A stretch of DNA of 64,000 nt from Phoronis australis (GCA_002633005.1 NMRA01000058.1:101585-165584); one strand, 5' to 3'. Shown: positions 25,278-38,878, numbered from the stretch's first letter. The notes: generated by a model not told the origin, from the letters alone. Translations and numbers: made by a program.

Positions 25278-26972
25278 ATGCGCCCACATATTTGTATGTG
25301 GACGCATTATGCCGTCATCTCCGTCTGTCCGGCCGTCCATCCATCCGTCCGGCGTCCAAAACCCTTGACGTGTGTTCATGAAATTTTGCACATGTGTTCC
25401 TTTTGGGAATGGGACGGCATGAGCGAATTTTCGGACAGCTCCGACAACCAGTGTGCCTCCTAGTGACAATTTTAGTTTTTTACGCTTACCTCTGTATCTT
25501 CAAAAGTCATGAACAGATTTTAATGAAATTTGGTATGTAGGCACCTATTAGTTAGATGACGAGATCCTCTCATTTTCAGATGGATTCAACGTAGTTTGCA
25601 GCACCTAGTGGCCGTTTTTACTGTTTTCGAGTCCATCCCTCTATCAGCCAAACCGCTCAAAGCATGATTGTGAAAATTGGCATGTATGTTCTTACTATGA
25701 AGTTGACGTCAGACGATGATTTTCCGATGACTTCGACTACTGTGGCGCCTCCTAGTGGCAGTGTCTCCTAAACCGTTCGCAGGATCTTTACGAAAGTTAG
25801 TAAATATATTTATGTAATGTTAACAACGGGTGACGACGACTTTCGGATAGATCTGACTACTGGTGTGCCACCTAGTGGCAATTTTATTTTTTACGTTTAC
25901 CTCTGTATCTTCAAAGGTCCTCAACGAATTTTCATAAAATTTCTCATACTGGCATCTGTTAATGAGTTGACGCTATCGCTTTGTTTTCAGATGAATTCGA
26001 TCTTGTTTGCGCCACGTAGTGGCCATTTTTGCTGGTTTTTTTTTGAGTCTGTTTTTTGGCGTCCACTCATCTATCAACCAAACCGTTTTCAGGATAAGTG
26101 TGAAAATTGGCATGTATGTTTTTACTATGAAGTGGACGGTTGACGATGATTTTCTGACGACTTCGTTTACTAGGGCACCTCCTAGTGGCAGTTTATTTTG
26201 CGCTCATGGGTGTATCTCCTAAACTGTTCACAGGATCTTTACTTAATTTAGCAAGTGTATTTATATGATGTTGACTACGAAAGACGACAACTTTCGGAAG
26301 GATCTGACTGCTGGTGTGCCCCCTAGTGGCAATTTTATTTTTTACGTTTAAATCTGTATCTTCAAAGGTCCTCAATTGATTTTCATAAAATTTTTAATAT
26401 AGGCATCTGTTGGTGAGATGACGCTATTTTCCTGTTTTTGGATGGAATCAAGGTATTTTGCACCACCTAGTGGCCATTTTTTCTGTTTTCAAATCTTGTT
26501 TTTGGCGTCTACCCCTGTGTTAACTAAATCATTCTAGGGAGGCTTTTAAAAATTGGCATACATGTTCTCAGTGTGAAGAGGAAGTTTGATGATGGTGACT
26601 AACTACTGTGGCGCCTCCTAGTGGTAGTATTGTTTTGTTTTGTGCCCATAGTTTTATCTCCGAAGCCCACTTCAGGGTTTTTATTAAATTTTGTAAGTGT
26701 TTTTAGATGAAGATAATAACAGACGACGACTTTCAGGCGAATCCAAGGGACGCTGTGCCCACTAGTGGCAATTTCATTTTAATCTGTTTTCTTTTATTTC
26801 ACTGAAGTTCCTTGACAAATTTTTATGAAATATGGCATGTTCCTGTATTTGGATGGATTGTACGTTTTTGCGCCATCTAGTGGCCATTTTTATGATAAAA
26901 ATAAATAACCCTAAAATCACACCATTTGCATTGCATTCGTGGGCGCATTTCAATGCTCTGCGTTGCTCTTGT
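25278..26972 (+). mobile_element. HINE family A, full-length reference copy (~1.7 kb)
   Basis: 5' subTIR hairpin ATGCGCCCACAT..ATGTGGACGCAT, (CCGT)n microsatellite, ~11 subrepeats, 3' subTIR GTGGGCGCAT plus terminal hairpin, inserted in a T context: Helentron/DINE-1 architecture. Confidence 0.9.
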
Positions 26973-28251
26973 CTGGATTGTCTGGTGTGAGCAAGACCCA
27001 ATTTAGTGTAATTACCCAATCATAAACTGTAGTTAACATCTCTGTCTGTACATAATGGCGAATTTTCAGAATGCACTAACCAATAATTTTCATTGAAAGC
27101 GAACACTACGGCGGTATTCAGCTGGAAAAAAAAAACCAGGTTAGGTTTTCGATTTTTAAAAATCAACGAACTAATAAGCTAAAAACTACAAACGTTGGGT
27201 ACGATTGAAGATAAACAACTGTGCATATTATTAATATACTCAGTGGATTTACAAACACTGATCAGAGTTAACAATATCACATGGATTATTCTTTTAATAT
27301 TCTTTCATTTTTCGTTGAACCAGATTTTTTACTAGGAAGCAGTCGTATTCAACTGATGCCCACTCTTCATTTTTATGACTGACAAAAAGCTGGAACAGTT
27401 ATGTAGTCAGTGCAATCCAAATTGTCCAGAGATTCCAAATCTTCAGTTTGGCTATCACCATATTTGCACTTAATATTATAATATTTGAGTTCTAATATTT
27501 AACTTCTAATAACGATTTAACTTGAACTAATGATAGGTGTAATCTTGTTCGTTGTGAAATGTTTTGTATAGCTGTAAGTTCAGGGGCGGGTTCACAATCT
27601 ACCACTGTTTTGGTCCTTCAAGTTTAAAAACAAAACAAAAAGATATCAGCCGTTCCTGGTAGGAAAAAAAAACAAGTAGAAAGGACTACTAAAATGAAAA
27701 ACTGGTTTGAAACATATTGAAAACCATCATTCCTTTGGGAAGGCGCCTTTGGTCAAGATGAACACAAATTAACTTTTTAGTGATTTTGTAATTTAAAATG
27801 TACCAACAAAGTTAAAACTACTCTCCACAGTTGCAGCTTGTAACTCTGTGCAAATGCCAGAGAAAACCAAATGAATTTGGATGTAGTAACAACCCATCGT
27901 TGAGACAGTAGTGCTAGCTATTACCTTTCCACTTCATTAGCTCAGATCTACGTCAATCAATACAAATGACGAGCTGAGTAGGCATCATAAAAGCTGTGTG
28001 GGGCTCAGAGAATCTGAGCGGTGAGCAGTGTAAGCGAGATGTTCTCCACATGTAAAGACAAGTTTCATGAACAGATCATGAGTTAGGTGTCTGTGAAAGA
28101 TTCATTGCAGTAAAGACATATTATCAGTCTTAAAACTTCTTATCTATGTCTAGCTTGTTGTTTCATCCATGTTGTATATACACAGGAACATGTGGCAGTG
28201 TTGCTGGGTCCGCATAACATGGCTACTTTAATCATACTGTCTTTGTTGTAG

Positions 28252-28365
28252 GTGAGAGTCTTGGTAGGAAAGCGTAAGCATGTCAAAGGTCACAGACAGA
28301 CCACTACTGACAAACTGTCTACATTGACAAAAAGGCTCTACTTCAATCCCCGAGAGACTTCTTAA
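28252..28365 (+). CDS. CARD-caspase exon 8 (C-terminus, stop)
   Basis: VRVLVGKRKHVKGHRQTTTDKLSTLTKRLYFNPRETS*; STLTKxLYF is the caspase terminal strand; spliced CDS is 1293 nt = 430 aa plus stop. Confidence 0.93.
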   Translation: MRVLVGKRKHVKGHRQTTTDKLSTLTKRLYFNPRETS

Positions 28366-30414
28366 ACAATTGGCCTGCACACTGGAAATGCCAAGATTCT
28401 GTTTTTGCACACCTCCATTATGCGCTCACACATATAATTGTATATATATATGCATTATGTCATCGTCTCTGTCTCTTCAGCATTGGCTCCCGTATCTCCA
28501 AAAACCCTTGATGGATGCTAATGAAATTTTGGAGACGAATGCCTATCAAAAATGGGATGGCAAGTGGCAATTTCAGTTTTGCATGATAGCGTCAGTGTGT
28601 ATCTATTATTATGCACTCACATATTTATATGTGGACGCATTATGCCGTCATCTACGTCCGTCCATCTGGCGTCGGGCGTCCGCTGCTCTATCTCCAAAAT
28701 GCCTTGACGTATGTTCGTGAAATTCTCGAACATGTGTTCCTTTCACAGATGGGGCGGCATGAGCAAAGTTTCGGACGGATCCGACTACCGGTGTGCCCCC
28801 TAGTGACAATTTTAGTTTTTTACGTTTACCTCTGCATCTTCGAAATGGATTTCCATAAAATTTGGTATATATGCACCTATTAGTGAGATGGCGCTATCCC
28901 CCCGTTTTTGGATGGATTCAACATAGTTTTCACCATCTAGTGGCCATTTTTATGCGCCCACATATTTATATGTGGACGCATTATGCCGTCATCTCCGTTC
29001 GTCCTTCTGGCGTCTGTACGTCGTTCGCTGCTCTATCTCCAAAACCCTTTGACATATGTTCATGAAATTTGGCTCATATGTTCCATTCATGAATGGTACG
29101 ACATGAGCGAACTTTCGGACGGATCTGACTACCGGTGTGTCCCCTAGTGGCAATTTTAGTTTTTATGCTTACCTTTGTATCTTAAAAAGTCAACGGATTT
29201 TCATGAAATTTGGTATGTAGGCACCTATTAGTGAGATGACGCTTTCCTCCCGTTTTCGGATGGATTTGACGTAGTTTGCACCACCTAGTGGCCACTTTTA
29301 CTATTTTCAAGTCGTTTTTTTGCGTCCACCCCTCTATCAACCAAACCGCTTAAAGGATGATTGTGAAAATTGGCATGTATGTGCTTACTATTAAGAGGAC
29401 GGTTGACGATGATTTTCCGACGATTTCGACTACTGTGGAGCCTCCTAGTGGTAGTTTTGCTTTGTGCCATTAGTTGTATCTCCTAAACCCACTGCAGGAT
29501 CTTTACTAAATTTAGTAAGTGTATTTATATGAAGATAAAAAAAGACGATGACGACTTTCAGGCGGATCCAACGGACACTGTGCCCACTAGTGGCTATTTC
29601 ATTCTGTTTTCTTTTGTTTCACTGAAGTTCTTTGACAGATTTTTATGAAATATGGCATGTTTCCGTTTCTGGATGGATTGTACGTTTTTGTGCCATCTAG
29701 TGGCCATTTTATGATACAAATAAATAACTCTAAAAGCACACCATTTGCAATGCATTTGTGGGCCCATTTCAACGCTCTGCATTGCTCTTGTTACTGTTTT
29801 CAAGTCTTTTTTTTGCGTCCATCCCTCTATCAACCAAACCGCTCAAAGGATGATTGTGAAAATTGGCATGTATGTTCTTACTCAAGTGGACCGCTGACGA
29901 TGGTTTTCCGACTACTGTGGCGCCTTCTAGTGGTAGGTTTGTTTTTTTTTGCACCTATGGATTTATCTCCTAAAATGTTTGCAAGATCTTTACTAAATTT
30001 AGTAAGTGTATTTATGTGATGTTGACAACGAAAGATGACGACTTTCAGACGGATCTGAGTTCTGGTGGGCCACCTAGTGGCAATTTTGTTTTTTTTTACG
30101 TTTACCTCTGTATGTTCAAAGGCCCTTAATGTATTTTCATAAAATTTGGCATACTGGCCTCTGTCAATGAATTGAATTCGATCTTGTTTGCGCCACCTAG
30201 TGGCCATATTTACTGTTTTCGAGTGTGTTTTTTTGGTGTCTACTCATCTCTCAACCAAACCGTTTTCAGGATAATTGTGAAAATTGGCATGTATGTTTTT
30301 ACTATGAAGTGGACAGCTGACGATGATTTGTAGATGACTTCTTGTACTGGGGCGCAGACCTTTATCCAGGATTTCGAAAATAAATAATAATTTGGCATAC
30401 AAGCATCTGTTAAT

Positions 30415-31189
30415 AGACCCTATTCACGCCGACAGGAGGCGCGTTCCAAAACGAGGCTCGCTACGATAGCTCTGTTAGTTTATCGGCAGAGGAGTCTGTG
30501 TTTCAGTCCGTGTTGTTCCCCGAACGGCTAGAAAAAATACGGACACGCTTCACAATCTCTAAAGACGTTTAGAGTCGGAAGCGTTGGGTCGTTGCCATAC
30601 GCCGACGAAGCAAAATATGTCCATGTAAAATAAATGTTTTCGAAAAGTTAGATCATATTTTGTCGCGTCTCGGTCAGTTGTCAAGCATCATAGTAACGAC
30701 CGGCGGGAGAATGGGCCAGCCAGGTTGTATTTTCATGACAACGGAATTAGGGGGGGGGGCTAAAATTGTATCAGATCCCATTTTTGAGTTCGGGTGTGAA
30801 TTGCTGATTAGCACACGTGCGCAACCAGGGGGTCTTGGGGGGTGAATAAACAACGCATAGGCGCTGAATGAACCCCGTTTACCGTTTTNNNNNNNNNNNN
30901 NNNNNNNNNNNNNNNNNNNNNNNNNNNNNNNNNNNNNNNNNNNNNGTTTCGAACCTAGTTTTCCGAGAAAAATTAAACCCTTTCGTCAGACAACTCTTTG
31001 ACGCCTTAACTTGTTCTCTAATGTAATTTTCTACGTCTGTGTGGTTTAATTGTTGACACATTATTAAAATTCAATATCCAGGTTGGACTCGAAAGATCGG
31101 CTATTTAACTCACGCAATGTCTACTTTCGCTTTGTTTATCGCAGTGAGCCTCGCTTTGGATTTTAATGTCTGCCGCGTGAATAGAGTCT
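30415..31189. mobile_element. ISL2EU-like MITE (AT TSD), contains the assembly gap
   Basis: AT|AGACCCTATTCACGC...GCGTGAATAGAGTCT|AT inserted in a HINE. Confidence 0.75.
30889..30945. other. Assembly gap (57 N)
   Basis: Run of N. Confidence 1.
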
Positions 31190-34100
31190 ATGAGGTGACG
31201 CTATTTCTTTGTTTTCAGAGGATTCGACCTAGTTTGCACCACGTAGTTGCCATTTTGAATGTTTTTGGCGTCCAATCGTCTATTAACCAAACCGCTTTCA
31301 GGATAATTGTGAAAATTGACATGTAAGTTTTTGCTATGACGTGGACGGCTGACGATGCTTTTCCAACGAATTCGACTGCTGTGGCGCCTCCTAGTGGCAG
31401 TTTTATTTTTTTGCATTCATGGCTGTATCTATTAAACCTTTGCAGGATCTTTACTTAATGTAGCAAGTGTATTTATATGATGTTGACAATGAACGACGAC
31501 GACTTTTGGACGGATCTGAGTACTGGTGTGCCCCCTAGTGGCAATTTTAGTTTTTTACATTTACCAGTCTGTATCTTCAAAGGTCCTCAACAGATTTTCA
31601 TCAAATTTTGAATGTAGGCACCTATTGGTGAGATGACGCTATCATCCTGTTTTTGGATGGAATCTAGCTATTTTGCGCCACCTGGTGGCCATTTTTGCTG
31701 TTTTCAAATCTTGTTTTGGCGTCCACCCTTCGATCAACCAAATCATTCTAGGGATTGTTTTGAAAATTGGCGTATATGTTTTCAGTGTGAAGAGGAGGTT
31801 TGATGATGGCGACTGACTACTGTGGTGCCTCCTAGTGGTAGTTTTGTTTTGTTTTGCGTCCATAGCTGTTTCTGCAGGATCTTTATTAAGTTTAGTAACT
31901 AAGTGAATTGATGTGAAGATAACAGACGATGACTTTCAGGCAGATAGAACCGACTCTCTGCCTACTTGTGGCAATTTCATTTTGTTCTGTTTTCCTTTGT
32001 TTCTCTGAAGTTCCTTGACAGATTTTTATGAAATATGGCATGTTCCCATCCCATTTATGGATGGATTGTACGTTTTTGCGCCATGTAATGGCCATTTTTT
32101 GATACAAATAAGTAATCCTAAAAGCACACCTATTGCGATACGTTCGTGGGCGCATTTAAACGCTCCGCGTTGCTCTTGTTGAGTTCTATGACAGATTTTC
32201 ATGAAATTAGACAATTTTAAAGGTTCTGTATTAAGGCCACCATAACATCTTTCCATTTTCTGACTGGTTCAACATATTTTGTGCCCCCTCTTTTTGCGTG
32301 TATTTTTTGGTGATCGCCTCTCTGGCTACCAAACCACTTGAAGGATCGCTATGATTTTTCACTGCTGAGAAGACCTGGTACTGTGGTGCCTCCTAGCAGC
32401 ATCTTTTTGCCTCTTCCGTAGTGGATCTTCAAGAAATTATGTTTTCTACTTGATGAGAGTTTGACTGACATTAATTTTGAGACAAGTCCAAGCACTGCAG
32501 CATTCCCTGGTGCCACAGGTTTTATTTGTCTATGCCTCAATATCTGCTAAGCTCCTCGATGGATGTTCACGAAATTTGGAAACCATAGCATCTCCTTTGT
32601 TTCAGACAGACTTTACTTATGCTGTGCCTTTTAATGGCCTTTTTACTATTTTTGTTCTGTTTATTATGTGTACCTTCCTATCGACAATAAGAATCACCAT
32701 GAAAGATGTTATGTTTGTTTCTGTTTAGGAGAAAATGGCTGATGTTGATTTTCAGACTGATCCAACAACTGTATATCAATTATAATTTTCTTTTCGTCTT
32801 CCTCAACATCTACCAAGTTTTGTGGCATGCGTTTTTGAGATTTAAGAGATGTGTTATTCAGGAGGGCCAATACTGTTGCTGATTTTTAAACAGATTCGTT
32901 TGCTGTGTTGCCCAGTAATGGTATTGTTGTCCAGTCCAGTGTCTACCAAGTTCCTTGATAGATCTTCTTAGTGTTCCTGTTGTGGAGAGCACTGCTGACA
33001 TCGTAATTTTAGTTTTCTTTGCATCTACTTCAATGTCTACTTGTGATGGACCTTCGAATTTGTGTTTCATGATGACTTTTAAAAGGAAACAAAAAATGGG
33101 CACTCACCAGAAAGGTGTTTCTTGGTTCACATGAGAGCATTTGTGAAAGATTTTTTGTGTTGAAAATTAAAGTGGTGAATAGTTGATCTTGAGAAGTATT
33201 TTGTATAGGGCGGAAAGTACCGTAGTTCCCTGGCCTGTCCTGCTGAACCTGAACCAAATGTCATTATTACTCATGCATGTAGCAATACACCCTGGGTACC
33301 AATGACCTGCCAATCAATTAGATTATTTATGCTAAGAATCTATGTTCACTTCGGTATTAACCTGCCAGAATGGAGGTCATGGGATTTAGCAGATATGTTT
33401 TCATTAATGAGAGAATACTCCTGCCGGAGGCTATATTACTTTTACCAGTATTGTTCTTCATAGTAAAAATGTTTAAAAATAATGATCATTGTATCTGCGC
33501 TGTATGCGATGCACACTGTGGACGCCAGCACTTCAACCCTCTGCATTACTCTGATGTAACATGGTTGCTTTTTGTGTAGATAATATGTTTAGACTGTTAA
33601 GTGTTCAGTAGTGATGTGGTTTGTTGGTGAAATCTGTTGCTATTATGATCTGAGTCCTGTTTTGTCATGAGAATTTTTTCTGAAATGAATTATTGTACAT
33701 GTCATAAATTTGGCTTTAGCTCTGTAACTCCAATTTTTTTCTTAAGAAACCATGGTAACAGTTATCGTCTCCCTCTGCGTGTTGCATCAGTATGTCACAG
33801 GATTTTGTTGGTGTGATATCTCGAGAAAAAAGCTTTTATTTTTGTTCATATTTTGTTCAGAAGTGTAGCTCCAGGCAATTTTAGTGACCTTGATATCATT
33901 TTCAAGGTCACAATGAGAAAAATGAGTGTTGACCTTGCAAAATGGTCTCCATATCTCTAGATGTAATATTTGTGTTCACATGTTTTGTTCAGAGATGTAG
34001 ATAGGCAGTGTTCCGTAGCCTTAAGTTTCATAAAAGAAAAGTGAGTTTGTGCAAAATCATGCAGGTTAAAGGCAAGTCAATGTTTCATGAGTATGTGGGG

Positions 34101-34392
34101 GAAACTTACTATAGAAACTTAGCAAAATGGCACCCACTGAAGTGATTGGTCAGCGATGTTGGCATGTTGAATTATCAGATTTAATTAATAAATAATGGTA
34201 AAGAATTGTCTCTTTCTGTAACATAAGTTTATATTTTTGCCACAATTTCTAAGGTATTGTGTCTAAGAAAAGCTCTCAAGGCACCAATCAGATTTGGCGA
34301 CCTTGACATTAAGGTCCTATCAAGAAATTGAAAAGTTTGACTTTGAAAGTTGTTGCGATTTCCCCAGAAAGAACCTTTGCACTCGTAGGTTC

Positions 34393-34462
34393 ATGGGTGG
34401 AGCACCATAGTGGGCTGGGGGGAGCTATAGCCCTCACTTATTTCAGTGCTGCGCTGCCCTTG
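34393..34462. mobile_element. ~70-bp Harbinger-like micro-MITE
   Basis: CATGGGTGGAGCA...TGCGCTGCCCTTG; two tandem homologues at ~36046-36194. Confidence 0.55.
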
Positions 34463-36594
34463 TGGTTCTTCTTACTTAGTTGTTGGTGAGGCATGTTCTG
34501 GCACCAGTCCAGTTTGGTGACCTTAACCACATTTTTTAAAATTTTATAACAAAAAAGTTTTGTTTTTTAGAGCAAAATTTTCAGAATTACAATTTAGTGA
34601 TTTTTACAGGTATGTTGGAAATAAAGTGTTGCAGATATTTTCTTTACAAAAATATTTTTCCTGAGGCAGAAGGACATAAGTTTGTCAGGCTAGCTTATTT
34701 AGTACTACACTGCTGTCCAATGAAGATTCATCTACCTTTGACCTTTCACTTTAATTGGTTGCTTTCAAAACATCACAAAATGAAAGGCAGTGTGCAGATA
34801 AAGCCAAAAAAGCATATTTTTTAACTCTGAGTTGACAATGTGGTATTTTTTCTTTGTTGTCTTTTTCAATTAAAGAAAATCTACCTGAGATTAGCAAGTG
34901 CAGAATTTTTTGTACTCATTTGTCTTAAAGGATGTTTCAAACCTTGTTTACCAAAGGTTTTGTGCTTTTGTGCAGCTTTTCAAAAAAAATCATGAGACCT
35001 CAATTGAATTTGGTACAGCCCCCCCGGATTTGTTTAGTCTGTGAGGTCTCAGAACCACGTTTTTGGCTTAACATGGTACATTCTTTTTGTTTCTTGCTAA
35101 GACCTCTCAAAGAACTTCTGGCAGACAATCGCATAACTGGAGATTTCTAATAAAATCACTAAAGCAACCGTTTTTATTGCTTTATATTTTTGGTCAAAGC
35201 TAAAAAAATTACAAAATTCTGTGGCACCCATCAATAATCACAGTTAGCGTTTTTTCGTCCTTTAAAGGGTTATTATAGTACTTTGTTAAACTTCAGTTTC
35301 TTGCTTGTTTCTGTTAAATGACATCTTACATAGTGAGCAGCAAGTGATCTTGAAAGTGGACCTGGGTATTGCGATTCTGATTTTCTTTGTATAATTTGTG
35401 TTGTTTAATGATGTTTATGAAAAACGCAGCCCATTGTCTCGTTGCTTGGACTTTTTTCTTTGAGAAAATTGAATAAATTTCGATTAAAGTGACTTGATAA
35501 AGGTTATTCCTTTGGCGTTGAAGAACCTCAGGAGTGAAGAATCTAGTATTGCCGACATTAGGACTGCGTCGTTCTGTATTCTCACGAAAGAGCTATTGTG
35601 ATCCAATCTGTTCTGGTCAGAACTTCATAAATTATTCGAATTTAAAGACAGGTTACAGAATCGCTCAACCTTGCTGTTCTGTGGTGAGATCTCCACCGCG
35701 TCGTGACAACTGACTTTCACAGAGGTCAATGTGTTGGTGTTCAGACTCCGGCCAATAAGTTGTTAATGACAGAGGAGAAGCCAGCATTCGAAATACCCGG
35801 TGGCCCGGGGCCTGTGGATTTGCGGAAGGGACAGTAAACTTACACTTATAGGCCCTATCAGGATGTGGTCTCCATATTCTTAATTTGACGTGGGCACACG
35901 TCATATTTCATCCCAAGCGTGGCTTCTTAATAGATGCGGACTCATACCGAACTAAAATATTTGGCGAAACTGGTTTGTGACGGTTGAAATTCGTCGAAGA
36001 GAAGAGAGAATACCGGTATTTATTCGGACCATTTTGTATTCTCGGTTACACCATCATAGGGGGCTGGGGGAGGGTTATAGCCCTCCCACACTGTTTTCAG
36101 TGATGCGGTGCACATGGTCTATAGGCGGTGCACCACAGGGGAGCTCTGTGAGGGGGCTTTAGCCCCCACATTTTTCTGTACTGCGCCGCCCATGGGTTAT
36201 GCATTTCGCTTTCACTCGATTTCAGCGAATGCCTGGCACACATCGGTGAGCACTGGTGATTTGTAATAAAACCACAAAAACAGCATATTTTATTCTCTTA
36301 TAGCAACCTATTTTCCGTGCGTGTGTAAGCCTACAAAAATGGGGATTTCCCATTTTACTCACAGTAAGAGATCCAGTCCAAAACTTTCGCTTGCGGTTTG
36401 ATTTGCTGAGGAAATGATGCTAGCCAGGTTGCTGTCGACTTTTTGAATTATTTTCAATTAATTTCGAAAATTTCTTACTCATAGTTTACAAGTATAACCT
36501 CTTTTTGTTTCATGATAATGAATAAAAAGCCTGTTGTTTACTACATTTTATACTGGGGCCCAAGATAACATTGCGCGTTTCTGTATTAATTCTC

Positions 36595-36752
36595 TCAGGA
36601 TCTCGAGATCCCGACCTAATTACCTCAGGATCTCGAGGTAGAGCTAAGATAATCAAATCGGGGTTTCGAGATCTCGAGATAATTAAATCGAGATCTCGAG
36701 ATCCTAAGAATTAAAAAAAAAATACGCGCGATGTCATCTTTGGGCCACCGTA
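36595..36752. mobile_element. Right end of a relative of the 13-bp-TSD element
   Basis: Ends TTTGGGCCACCGTA, preceded by ~21-bp repeats containing ATCTCGAGAT. Confidence 0.65.
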
Positions 36753-38878
36753 GTTTTACTTCGTTATCAACGATTGACGAAATATAGTAGTGTAAGGAAA
36801 GACCAGATTGCCCGTGATGCATTGCTGTGACGATTCTTAACTCCAGGATGTAGGCGACATTCTGCCAGTGGGTTTTTTTCTACATTTTCCTACGGGAAAT
36901 ATTTTATCATGAAGAACTTGTTATATTAACTTGAGTTTTATTTTCATTGGCGGCGCTTGCCAACAATTTTGCGGACGAGCGCAAGTGTGAAATCAACTTA
37001 TACCTCAGTTAGAGATAGATGTGGCGTGGTCGGCTTTTGAGCGACGAGTTACACAAAAACAACGACTTGTAAGCCACTGGAAATGTAACGGGAACCTCAA
37101 AAGTGACGCCATATTCAGATTGACTTCCGTGTTGAGCCATGTAACTTGTAAAGTTTAATCAATAAAGTTACGGAAAAGTTAAAGTGAACAACACGAAAAG
37201 CAAAGAGGGCAGAAAATAAATCGAGGAGGATTGGCGATCAGGAACAAAGCTATTCTGCAGTTAAGAATAACGACATTTTTATTATAAGCTCTTTCATGGT
37301 TCCTGTACAAAGCCTGAGTAATTAATGGCAATTTGATTACAAAGCAAGGTTTAACTCAACCTGGCTCGGAGATTTGGGCGTGTCCGCTGGCACGGATAAC
37401 ACACCACAGAAAATGTCTGGCGAATTTCGGTAATAACGCATGGTTATGTGTTGATTATTTTGCAACTGATTTCATGTGGTTACTTCTTGGGTTGATTTAG
37501 CTCAGTATGACCCCAAGAGTAAAGGTATAATTTCAAACTTGAATTTGGAGCATTTAAAGCTGGCAAATGCCATTGAGTGCGAACTTGGACAGCTTAATTT
37601 AATTGAATGCAGCATGACTATAAGTAGAACAGAAACTACAAAGTTGGAGATTGTGTTTTACTTTTGTAGACAAAAAGTTTGAGTCGGGTCCATGCTGCAA
37701 AATGAGAAACTCGCGAGGCACATATAATTATAGACATAGCCGGGGGACCACTCAGTTTAACTGGTATTCATGAAAGAAATTGCATGTAAGGAGGAGGTAA
37801 ATTTTTGACGTATTAACTTCATGTAAAAAGTATCATTCATTTCCTAGCCTATTTGACAGTATTCTGGATAAATGTGAAATCATTATATAGGGCTCAGGGT
37901 AGTAGGGGATATGACATCATATCCCGTGGCGTGCAGTGCAAAGCCAGCTAGTGGTGATTTCGGCCACTGAACGGCGAACATGTAAAAGAAGTTTTGGGAA
38001 ATAGGGGTTTGTTCGAGTTGGAAGGAATTAAAGACATTGACGGCCTCCTAAGGTGTTCCTCTATGCGCAAAAGCTGCTTAATTATAACAACGTGACTTTG
38101 ATCATTAATCCCGAAAAGCTTCAGCGTCCGGCTCTACTGGGGCCAGCTAGAGACGTTGGACACTGTCTAGTAGCAGACGTGACCTGAGCTCTTTCCAATC
38201 GAGGCAGGCTGGCTTGGCTGCTTTTTCCGTCTGGGTTAGTCCTAACTCTCGGGTGTAGCAGCCTAAACCGCCGGGTTATCCTTTCGTCGCCAGACTGTAT
38301 CGGCTGAGTTTGTACGAGCGTGGATTTTTCTTGAGTAGGGTATCCAGATGTCTGTGATCTTTTACTGCTTCAAGTGCTGGGTTGAACTGCCTTACAGCGC
38401 GCTGACACAAAACTGAACTTCTCTTTTTACCGCAAGGGGTATTTTCATAAGCTACACAAGTTTCGCAGTGGCTTAGTAAAACGAAAATCGAATTAGACCT
38501 TTCACTCTCATAAAATCGGTTTCATATACTTTTTGCCACAGTAACAATCACATTTGAATTTGTATATTGAGAATTTAATGCGATAGTCCTTATAACGCTT
38601 TGCTGGCTGGACAATAGTTCAGGGCCACGGTTTGCAGGCATCTCCTTAATATGAAACAAAATTTTTACCTTTTCATACCAGTGGCGGTTAGCCACTTTTT
38701 CCTCTGTGAATTAAGTTAAGATTACTGCTAATGAATTTCCTCGAGGTCCCCCAAAGAAATCAAAAAACAAACATATCAAACGGCCTCTCAGACAGCTCTC
38801 AGATGTAGCTATACGATATATTTATCAAGAAACAACAAGCAATTTACGGAATGGCAACTCTGCAACATTTCTAAGCCC

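Larger units (their letters stand above)
28419..32179 (+). mobile_element. Nested cluster of HINE family A copies
   Basis: 5' ends at ~28419, 28610 and 28952; 3' ends at ~29791 and 32179. Confidence 0.88.

Noticed and set aside
32850-33260. Possible minus-strand coding or Penelope remnant
   Set aside because: No motif I could identify with confidence in any frame
38225-38285. Telomerase RNA template (CTAACCC on the minus strand)
   Set aside because: Only 7 nt match and it lies in a hairpin; no recognisable pseudoknot, CR4/5 or H/ACA elements
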